From NCBI RefSeq assembly GCF_014280175.1, contig NZ_CP047931.1, positions 600,001 to 632,000 of the forward strand: a stretch of 32,000 nt of DNA, given 5' to 3'. Made by a program: the position numbers and the translations under genes. The notes below the pieces were generated by a model. The model searched no databases and was not told the origin of the DNA. It saw only the letters and a program-made list of their open reading frames with translations. Below, piece by piece: positions 11,145 through 18,683 of this stretch. Position 1 is the stretch's first letter, and every line of letters starts with the position of its first letter. This DNA comes from Synechococcus sp. A15-28. Lineage in GTDB: Bacteria; Cyanobacteriota; Cyanobacteriia; PCC-6307; Cyanobiaceae.

Positions 11145-12557
11145 ATGCTTGCCGTTATTGTTTCACACTCGCTTTTGGCTTTGAAGGAGCCAGGTGCAGA
11201 AATTGAGGCTGCAACGGGGATGCTAGAGAAGCTCCCTTCGTTGCACTTCTCTTTTCAAGGGGCACTCCTATCACTCTCTCTGCTGTTGCTGGTCAGCATA
11301 CTGTCAGAAAAATTAGGCGTAAAGCTTGGAATACCTGGATCAATCTTCTTGTTTTTTGCTGGTCTCTTTTTTCATGTCTCAGGCTTTAGCTTTGAATCTT
11401 TTCCGTTAGAACAAGTTCATGTTGTATCGCTTTGTATATTGTTATTTTTCAGCGGGCTTTCCTTCGATCGGAAGCTTTTAAAAGAAAATAAAGTTCTATC
11501 TAATTCAATAAGTTTGGGTATTTTCGGAACCTTGCTTAGCATGGCTTTATGGCTGTTTTATTTAATCGTAGGTTTTGGTTTTTTTCAAGGTTTTTTTGGT
11601 TATCTAGAGGGTGTAAAGCAAGAGCTTGTCGAATTGCTCGTTGTAACTATTGTTTTTTCAATCGCAGTCCAGGATTGGAATTCATTTATGTTCGTATCTA
11701 AGAGAATCGTAGATTTTCGTTCAATTCTATCCAATATTTTTAGAGTTGAAACATCTATCTCAGCTTCGATCTCCGTAGCTGTTGCCGAGATTCTTGTTCT
11801 TGTTTGGCTCGCTCTGCATCCTGAGTATCAGCTCCTTAACGGATGGCAATTGTTCTCATCGATCTCCCAAGGAATATTCATTGGATCAGTATCAGGAATT
11901 GTTCTCGGTTACATTTTGATGCTGACAATTCGGTATGTCATTACGTCTAAACCTCAACTGGTTTTAGGTGCTGTTGCATTCACCCTGATCGGTTACGTAA
12001 TTTCTTTTTCAATTACTCACCAGGGTGGGTATCTCTGTGCGTTAGTGATGGGCATTGTTACCTCTTTGACCTATCGTAAAAGCTCAACTGAGGAAGAGAT
12101 AGAATTTCTAGCAGAAGAATTGGAGACACTCAATATTGCTTCTGAGGCAATCCTCTTCTTTGCGATTGGCCTTGGACTCAATGCAACTTCCTTCTTTGTT
12201 CACTTGCCAGTGGCGATCTATGTCTGGCTTGGAATCATCATCATCAGGCCAATTACAGTAAATCTCTTTTTCAAGGGCTCTCCTGCCATCGAGACTGAAG
12301 AACGTCAGCTCCTATCGATATGGAGTCCAAAAGGAGCCATTTCAATGGCCTTGGTGGTAACTGCACCAGAGCTGCTGGAGGGAACTTTTGGTATGGAGAT
12401 TGCTGAAATTTTTCCTGAAAGCGCTTCTAGCTTCTCGGCGGATGTGGTTTGCGGTGCTGTTTTGTTCTCGATGATTGTTAAATCCTTGGCGATTCCAAAA
12501 ATTCATTCCCAATTGATTCCCACTCAAAATACTATTACCACCAATCAAGAGGCTTGA
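11145..12557 (+). CDS. Cation/proton antiporter (CPA family)
   Basis: About 12 hydrophobic segments; LGVKLGIPGSIFLFFAGLFF, ILLFFSGLSFDRKLL, SPKGAISMALVVTAPELL resemble NhaP/KefB-type exchangers. Confidence 0.82.
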   Translation: MLAVIVSHSLLALKEPGAEIEAATGMLEKLPSLHFSFQGALLSLSLLLLVSILSEKLGVKLGIPGSIFLFFAGLFFHVSGFSFESFPLEQVHVVSLCILLFFSGLSFDRKLLKENKVLSNSISLGIFGTLLSMALWLFYLIVGFGFFQGFFGYLEGVKQELVELLVVTIVFSIAVQDWNSFMFVSKRIVDFRSILSNIFRVETSISASISVAVAEILVLVWLALHPEYQLLNGWQLFSSISQGIFIGSVSGIVLGYILMLTIRYVITSKPQLVLGAVAFTLIGYVISFSITHQGGYLCALVMGIVTSLTYRKSSTEEEIEFLAEELETLNIASEAILFFAIGLGLNATSFFVHLPVAIYVWLGIIIIRPITVNLFFKGSPAIETEERQLLSIWSPKGAISMALVVTAPELLEGTFGMEIAEIFPESASSFSADVVCGAVLFSMIVKSLAIPKIHSQLIPTQNTITTNQEA

Positions 12558-12560
12558 GTT

Positions 12561-13223
12561 ATGTTGAAAAAAAAGCTGACAGATCGGTACCGGCTCTCAC
12601 GGGCAGTGTTGGTGGGCACAGTTATAACTCTTTTGTTCATGCCCATCTTGGCAACGAATGAAGCGACGACGATTGCAGTCGCATCTGCGCTTGCAGTGGA
12701 TTTTTGTATTTTTATCAAGCAATCCTGGCTCATTGACGTCAATAACACAAGGGATATCTTCCAGCAATTCGATGCGAAAGAATCATCTGTTGCAGAAAGA
12801 ACAATAGCGCTTGTATTTCTGAGTGTGGGCATATTGAGTTTCTGCATTGCGGAATTACATTCAAAGCATGATGTTCTGCCGAACTCAATTCATGTTTTTA
12901 TAAGTTTTATAGCACTATTTTTGACCTGGCTGCAGTTGCACAACGGATTTGCGCTTTACTATGCAAAAAAATACTTTGATATGAATCCGGTTCGACTTGA
13001 TGATCCTGAGGGGCAACTGGGATTTATATTTGAAGGAACAGAGCCAACATTTAGCGATTTTTTATATATTTCTTATTCGATAGGTCTTACTTATTCAATG
13101 ACTGACTGCGGCATCAAGGATTCTGCGGTTAGGCGAATTGTTATCATTCACTGCCTCTCTTCATTTCTCTACGCATCAACAGTACTGTCGATCATATTCT
13201 CATTGGCGACGCAAGTGAGTTGA
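12561..13223 (+). CDS. DUF1345-like membrane protein
   Basis: Several TM helices; SFIALFLTWLQLHNGFALYYAKKYF, GTEPTFSDFLYISYSIGLTYSMTDCGIKDSAVRRIVIIHCLSSFLYASTVLS matches the DUF1345 pattern. Starts 3 nt after the antiporter stop. Confidence 0.72.
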   Translation: MLKKKLTDRYRLSRAVLVGTVITLLFMPILATNEATTIAVASALAVDFCIFIKQSWLIDVNNTRDIFQQFDAKESSVAERTIALVFLSVGILSFCIAELHSKHDVLPNSIHVFISFIALFLTWLQLHNGFALYYAKKYFDMNPVRLDDPEGQLGFIFEGTEPTFSDFLYISYSIGLTYSMTDCGIKDSAVRRIVIIHCLSSFLYASTVLSIIFSLATQVS

Positions 13224-13358
13224 TCCGCAAAAGGGTTATCCATAACCTTTAGGGGTATGCATATGTGTGCGTTCCCTATTATTTTGTCGGGCGGCAGCGT
13301 TGGATACTTTCCAAATCCCGTATCTTCTCTACAATCAACTTGTGAACAGAATCAATCC

Positions 13359-13661
13359 ATGTTCGAACTCGAGTATCTCCTAGCTTTCGGCCTGGGTGCA
13401 GGTCTCGTTGCTCTTACCCCCGTTGTAGCTGCTGCTGCTGGAAAGGAAAGCGCTATCACCAAGACTGTTTCTGGCGCCGGACGTGGCTTGACAAAACAAG
13501 GTCTGAAAGCTGGTCTCTTTGTAGGAGGAAAGGTATCTGGACTGTTCACTGGCGTTAAGTCGGGTTTGAATGAGGTGGGTGAGAGCTTCGGCGACATTCT
13601 TGCTGAAGCGAAAGCAGACATGGCTACACCGAAAACTAAGACTTCATCACAAAAGGCTTAA
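13359..13661 (+). CDS. Small Gly/Ala-rich membrane-associated protein, DUF5132-like (copy 1)
   Basis: Start taken at the in-frame ATG 13359 (MFELEYLLAFGLGAGLVALTPVVAAAAG...). Hydrophobic N-terminus, amphipathic glycine-rich middle, GESFGDILAEAKAD acidic end. Confidence 0.7.
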   Translation: MFELEYLLAFGLGAGLVALTPVVAAAAGKESAITKTVSGAGRGLTKQGLKAGLFVGGKVSGLFTGVKSGLNEVGESFGDILAEAKADMATPKTKTSSQKA

Positions 13662-13664
13662 AGC

Positions 13665-14102
13665 TTGCCAATTACAGTTAAACATCGTGTATTTGGTCGT
13701 GTGAGATTTATTTGGGAGAAGAAATATACCAGTCACGAGATAAAGCTTATGGAATTATCGTTCTTGTATCATTTTCCTGAGTGTCGTTTTCGTTCTGCTT
13801 CAGGTAATACAGGTTGTGTGGTTCTTTTTGATGAAAGTAGTGATCAGCTTTTGTGCCATCAAGTGACTGATTGGATTCAGAATTTCATAGACTTTGCTGA
13901 GTGCCAAGGTCCGTTACTACCACCATCCAAAAGGGATATTCTGATCGACAAGGTTAAAGGTTGGACTGCTCAGTCCATGATTGTTATGGCTATTCTCGGA
14001 TGGATATTACCAATTCTTCCCGGTACTCCATTTTTCTTTGTGGCATGGTGGCTGGGTTGGAGGCCGTCGTCCACAAATCAGTCAGTTGTCGCCGAACCAT
14101 AA
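13665..14102 (+). CDS. HMA2-like N-terminal domain plus C-terminal transmembrane segment
   Basis: KHRVFGRVRFIWEKKYTSHEIKLMELSFLYHFPECRFRSASGNTGCVVLFDE pattern followed by MAILGWILPILPGTPFFFVAWWLGWRP. Apparent TTG start at 13665, 3 nt after the previous stop. Confidence 0.6.
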   Translation: MPITVKHRVFGRVRFIWEKKYTSHEIKLMELSFLYHFPECRFRSASGNTGCVVLFDESSDQLLCHQVTDWIQNFIDFAECQGPLLPPSKRDILIDKVKGWTAQSMIVMAILGWILPILPGTPFFFVAWWLGWRPSSTNQSVVAEP

Positions 14103-15170
14103 ACGCAGCCAGCTTTGAGTCATTTGTGCCCTATTGCATTGCATTGCTTCCAATTTTGCGGGCAATTCGATGCTTCTGCAGTATCCATTGTAGATCAAGT
14201 TGATGGTTGAATTGATCTGTTGAATATTCATATTATCTTTCTTCACCCCTGGTAGAAATATTTTCATGCAATGACTCTCTGTATTCCATTCTTCAATGCT
14301 TAAAGACTTATTCTTGTCTTTTAATGCGTTTGCCACGAGATCTGATTCGGGGACTGTGATCGAGCTGTTAAACGTTGTTGGTCCGTTTCGGCATTCATTT
14401 TCGATTTTGATATTGGATGTATTACTTGCGTCTTCGACAATCAGTAGATGCGGTATTGCACGGTGCATGCCTGCAACGCTTAATCGAGTTAGCAGCTGTT
14501 CCGGTTTGTAGTTTTTGCCATCAAGAATTAATGTGAAATGATGATTGCTCCGACCCGAGATCGTCTGTTGTAGGAGATGTAAACGACCTTTCCATGTTTC
14601 GTTGAGACGTAACTGTTGTGATGATGGTAAGCGTAAGCGCAGTAATTTTTCGACCGTTGAAAGTGTTTGACGCGTTGTGTCCCACCAGTTAAGCAAAGGC
14701 TCTAGCAATTGGTCGATCAAGGCTGGACCCTTTTGTGCCATTCCAAGTATTTTTAAAGCATGCAATGGCGTTGGGAGGATTACGATTAAAAGTGTACTTT
14801 TTGACGCACTGTCTAGTATTTCTGACAAGAAGATCAATCTCGTTAAGTCTTCGATCCCTGGAAGTTGCGGAAGCTCGATAGATTGTTTCCCTGCAATGTC
14901 GAGCAATTGCCACCAATCTTTGGCATGTGGATTGAGCTGTTCCCAAAGTCGAGCCAGGCTACAAATATAACTGAAATTTTCTACGATAAAATTCTTCTTG
15001 GCTATGAAATCTGATGTGTCTAAATCAATCTCTCCTGATAGATTAATCAATCTTGTGTCAGCATTTTCCTGCTGAGTATGTAGGAGCCCTTGCAACCATT
15101 GGTGTAGCGCTGAATACCGGTCTGCGCTTACCAAGAGAATCAAGGCACTGATTTCGTCTTCGAATGCCAT
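14082..15170 (-). CDS. ArsA/Get3-like protein with HSP20-like C-terminal domain, lacking a recognisable P-loop
   Basis: ELPQLPGIEDLTRLIFLSEILDSASKSTLLIVILPTPLHALKIL parallels the ArsA ...LPGIDE...YDVVVVDTAPTGHTLRLL region. C-terminal MKIFLPGVKKDNMNIQQINSTINLIYNGYCRSIELP resembles the ArsA HSP20-like domain. In-frame stop just upstream of the ATG. Confidence 0.55.
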   Translation of the reverse strand: MAFEDEISALILLVSADRYSALHQWLQGLLHTQQENADTRLINLSGEIDLDTSDFIAKKNFIVENFSYICSLARLWEQLNPHAKDWWQLLDIAGKQSIELPQLPGIEDLTRLIFLSEILDSASKSTLLIVILPTPLHALKILGMAQKGPALIDQLLEPLLNWWDTTRQTLSTVEKLLRLRLPSSQQLRLNETWKGRLHLLQQTISGRSNHHFTLILDGKNYKPEQLLTRLSVAGMHRAIPHLLIVEDASNTSNIKIENECRNGPTTFNSSITVPESDLVANALKDKNKSLSIEEWNTESHCMKIFLPGVKKDNMNIQQINSTINLIYNGYCRSIELPAKLEAMQCNRAQMTQSWLRLWFGDN

Positions 15171-15235
15171 TGTATCGGGAATGTCTTATTGGATTTCGGG
15201 ATTTTCGGGTAATATCTCCAAAATTCCATTACACC

Positions 15236-15577
15236 ATGTTTGAACTGGAAACACTTGCTGCTTTCGGAGCAGGTGCTGCCTTGATGGCGTTAGCACCAGT
15301 TGTTCGAAAAATGGGCAATGAAGAGCTTGGAGACTCCATGGGGAAGGCAGGTCGCACGATGGCCAAAAGTGGAGTCAAGGTAGGTCTCGTTGCGGCAGAC
15401 GTTGCCGGAAAAGTTGCCAACGGTGTGACGAAGAACGTAGCTGAAGTCGCTGAATCGTTTGTGGACTTGGTTCAAGAAGCTAAGTCTGAGCGCGTTGAAC
15501 CAACAGATATCGACGCGGAACAGCCACCTACTGATGCATCCCGATCTCAGGTCATCACAGAAGTAACTGTCGAATAA
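15236..15577 (+). CDS. Small Gly/Ala-rich membrane-associated protein, DUF5132-like (copy 2)
   Basis: In-frame ATG at 15236 (MFELETLAAFGAGAALMALAPVVRKMGNEELG...VAESFVDLVQEAKSE), alignable end to end with copy 1. Confidence 0.7.
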   Translation: MFELETLAAFGAGAALMALAPVVRKMGNEELGDSMGKAGRTMAKSGVKVGLVAADVAGKVANGVTKNVAEVAESFVDLVQEAKSERVEPTDIDAEQPPTDASRSQVITEVTVE

Positions 15578-15622
15578 GTCTGAATTCCATTCCAAATTTA
15601 TAATCTCTCTCCTACAAACATC

Positions 15623-18157
15623 ATGGCCACATCATTTCAGAACAGTTCAGGTTTTGGGGTCGTTGATGGAGGTGCTTCAGCACGAACATCTCGAGATCCT
15701 GCACTGCCACGATTCATTGATCGCATTCTTCATGCATCGTCTCGAAGACTTCGCTTCAGTGTGGAAACTGATTTCAAAGATCCAGATAACTTCACGCGAC
15801 ATATATCAACGCTTTCGTCAGTAGAGCAGGTTCGTTTTAATAGCTGGGCCTCTTGTTACATTGTAATTTTCAAGACTGGATATAAAATTGACGCTCTGCA
15901 ATGGCTAAGTTCACTACCACGGCGATCGCGTGAAATCCCTATTGTTCCAGAAGATTCGCTGACTGATACCGCCACTTCTACAAGCCTTCAGTCTGCTGAG
16001 GAAGAAGAGGAAAAATTTGTTCCAACGCGCATTATTCTCCCAGTTTGTTCTCTTGGTCTGGCCATAGCTGCTGGTCCTCTGGCTCTTCCTCCACTCGCCG
16101 TTGGAGTTTTTATCATTGGCGCAGCGCATCTGAGTTTCAAAAGAGCTTGGGAGGGTCTGAAAAAAGAGCGCAAAATTAATGTTGATTTTCTCGATGCCTT
16201 AGCTGTTTTGCTTCACAGCTTGGAGGGCTTTCTTTTGGGGCCAGCCATGATGATCACCATGATTGAGGGTGGTGAAGCTGTACGAGATGCTACTCAGCGT
16301 ATTGCTCACTCATCAAACACTGATCTTGTTTCCAGCCTTCAATCTGATGTGCGTCTGCTCACAGAAGATGGCGAGAAGATTGTTTCGAGTTTTGACCTTA
16401 GCCCTGGTGATCGTGTTTCGTTCCTGCCAGGAGACAAAATACCGATCGATGGTGTTATTGAGTCTGGTGAAGTTTCCCTCGATGTTGTGAAGCTGACGGG
16501 TGAATCAGTTCCGAGGATGTCGGGTCCCGGAGATGAGATTTTGGCCGGCTTTATTGTTTTGGAAGGCCACATTATTGTTACAACCTCTGCTGTTGGTCAT
16601 GACACGCGCGTCGGGCAGATCACTAAAATGATCGAGTCGGCGCCTGTTTTTGACACGCGTGTCGGAAATTTTGCCGCAAATATCGCCAATCGGTTTGTCA
16701 TCCCGACATTGGTTTTGGCGGGTGTCTCCCTGATGCTCAGTGCAGGCAATATTGCTCAGGCAGCATCTCTGCTCATGTTCGATCTTGGAACGGGGCTGCG
16801 TGTTTCAGTCCCAACTGCGATCATGGCTGCACTGACCAGAGCTGGAAGTCAAGGCCTGCTGATTCGTAGTGGACGTGCTTTGGAGCAGTTGGTTGAAGTT
16901 GATGTTGTCGTTTTTGATAAAACCGGTACGTTGACGGAAGGCCACCCGTCAATTGTTGAGTTTACTGTTTTTGACCAAAATGGAGCCCCCGATGAGTTTG
17001 TTGATGCTGATAAGTTTAAACACCTTTTGCAACTTTCCACATCACTTGAACAGGGGTTGAACCACCCGATCGCCAAGGCGATTCGTGATTTTGCTGAAGA
17101 GCAAGACGTCGACGTGATCGATTGCGAAAGCTGGGATTACAGGGTCGGTCGAGGTGTCGTCGCCACTGTTAATGGTGAGACGGTTCTTCTCGGAAACTTA
17201 AAACTTCTTCGGGAAGAGGGTGTCGAGATCTGGACAGTCGACTCCAAGCCTGAGCTGGACGTTGCTACCCCCATTTATCTTGCAGTTGATGGTCTCTTGG
17301 CCGGTATTCACTACGCCCTTGATCGTGTCAGACCAGATACGTCAGCCATGATCGCTGAATTGCATAACCGGGGTATTGAAGCTCATATGTTGACCGGTGA
17401 CATTTCCTCTGTCGCCCATGCTGTCGCTGCCGATATCGGCTTACAGCCTCATGAAGTTCATTCAGATGCCTTACCTGATCAAAAGGCAGAGTTGGTTCAA
17501 GAGTTCACTGCCGCAGGGAAGAAAGTTGTTTTTGTGGGTGATGGCATCAATGATTCAGCAGCCCTTGCCTATGCTGATGTCTCAGTATCCTTCGCCTCAG
17601 GCAGTGATTTAGCTCGCGAAACGGCTGATATTGTTCTCACGAATGATCGGGTCTCTGATCTGATTGTTGCCCAAGATTTAGCACGTCATACTTTTGCTTT
17701 GGTGAAACAGAACATTGGTATTGTCGGGGTTCCAAACTTATCGGCACTTCTGATCGGTACGTTCCTGCCAGTCAATCCCATCGCGGCTGTTTTCCTTAAC
17801 AATGGTTCCTGTCTTGTGGCAGCTGGCAATGCGATTCGGGCTCTTGGTTTCAAGGCCAAACCGCTACCTGAAATCGAAGCATCAGCTTCTACAGTGAATG
17901 TAGAAACAGTGCTCCCTGATACCGCTGCAGCTCAGGCCACGACAGAAGAAACTACCGACGAGAACGCTTCCTTACCCATCACTCATCTTGATTTGGCAGC
18001 TCTTTCACGTCGTGTTGGACTCAGTTATCAGAAGATCTCAGCCCGTCGTCGACGCAATGATTTTGCTGATTGGATATCGACTCATGATCCTGAAGGTCAT
18101 GGTTGGGAGTACAGCATTGATCTCAAAACATTCTCCATGGTTCCTGCGGTTTCATGA
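15623..18157 (+). CDS. P-type (P1B-like) ATPase with HMA2-like N-terminus and C-terminal HTH-like tail
   Basis: LTGESVPRMSGPGD, VVVFDKTGTLTEG, LNHPIAKAI (HP locus), VVFVGDGINDSAALAYADVSVSF. TM motif is FDLGTGLRVSVPT rather than CPC/SPC. Confidence 0.93.
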   Translation: MATSFQNSSGFGVVDGGASARTSRDPALPRFIDRILHASSRRLRFSVETDFKDPDNFTRHISTLSSVEQVRFNSWASCYIVIFKTGYKIDALQWLSSLPRRSREIPIVPEDSLTDTATSTSLQSAEEEEEKFVPTRIILPVCSLGLAIAAGPLALPPLAVGVFIIGAAHLSFKRAWEGLKKERKINVDFLDALAVLLHSLEGFLLGPAMMITMIEGGEAVRDATQRIAHSSNTDLVSSLQSDVRLLTEDGEKIVSSFDLSPGDRVSFLPGDKIPIDGVIESGEVSLDVVKLTGESVPRMSGPGDEILAGFIVLEGHIIVTTSAVGHDTRVGQITKMIESAPVFDTRVGNFAANIANRFVIPTLVLAGVSLMLSAGNIAQAASLLMFDLGTGLRVSVPTAIMAALTRAGSQGLLIRSGRALEQLVEVDVVVFDKTGTLTEGHPSIVEFTVFDQNGAPDEFVDADKFKHLLQLSTSLEQGLNHPIAKAIRDFAEEQDVDVIDCESWDYRVGRGVVATVNGETVLLGNLKLLREEGVEIWTVDSKPELDVATPIYLAVDGLLAGIHYALDRVRPDTSAMIAELHNRGIEAHMLTGDISSVAHAVAADIGLQPHEVHSDALPDQKAELVQEFTAAGKKVVFVGDGINDSAALAYADVSVSFASGSDLARETADIVLTNDRVSDLIVAQDLARHTFALVKQNIGIVGVPNLSALLIGTFLPVNPIAAVFLNNGSCLVAAGNAIRALGFKAKPLPEIEASASTVNVETVLPDTAAAQATTEETTDENASLPITHLDLAALSRRVGLSYQKISARRRRNDFADWISTHDPEGHGWEYSIDLKTFSMVPAVS

Positions 18158-18678
18158 CACCAACGCTTTGTTTGCGCCATCGCACCGATAGTCGCTGGAG
18201 GTTTGTGGTGACCCACGCATCCCAGTGTGATTGGGCTCGTCTGCAACGCGATCTTGTCGATGTTTTCCCCAACAGCAGCTGGTCTGTTCGAATCAATCAA
18301 AGGATTGGCTCGATTGTGGTTTGCCGCTTGGCTTCTGCACCACGCCTTCGTCAGGATCCGTTGTCATTGGTATTTGGGCGTGTTGCAAAGCAACTGAACC
18401 TTCAGGGATTTTCCGTCCCTGAAACCCCTTTAATCCCAACGGAAATCGTTGATCGGACCTCTCAGAAGCGGCTGAATGCTCTTCATTCGGTATTTCGTGG
18501 TATTGCCAATGCCGCTTCAGTGTCTTTATCCATATCTACTTTGTTATTGTCTCTGGCCCTCTTTATTATTGGTTTGCTGGGCATCCTTCTGCCATTTTCT
18601 CCAGGGATCTGGTTGTTGGTTGTAGCGACTGCTCTTTTTGACCTAGCCCTTTCTTTTCGTCGTCCTTTCGTCGTCTAA
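18154..18678 (+). CDS. HMA2-like domain plus C-terminal transmembrane segments (second copy type)
   Basis: ATGA overlap with the upstream ATPase. DSRWRFVVTHASQCDWARLQRDLVDVF...RINQRIGSIVVC, then LFIIGLLGILLPFSPGIWLLVVATALFDLAL. Confidence 0.6.
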   Translation: MTPTLCLRHRTDSRWRFVVTHASQCDWARLQRDLVDVFPNSSWSVRINQRIGSIVVCRLASAPRLRQDPLSLVFGRVAKQLNLQGFSVPETPLIPTEIVDRTSQKRLNALHSVFRGIANAASVSLSISTLLLSLALFIIGLLGILLPFSPGIWLLVVATALFDLALSFRRPFVV

Positions 18679-18683
18679 ATCTC

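Noticed and set aside
15937-15950. GCGATCGC (HIP1-like) octamer
   Set aside because: Single occurrence noticed; no evidence of HIP1 enrichment in this lineage.
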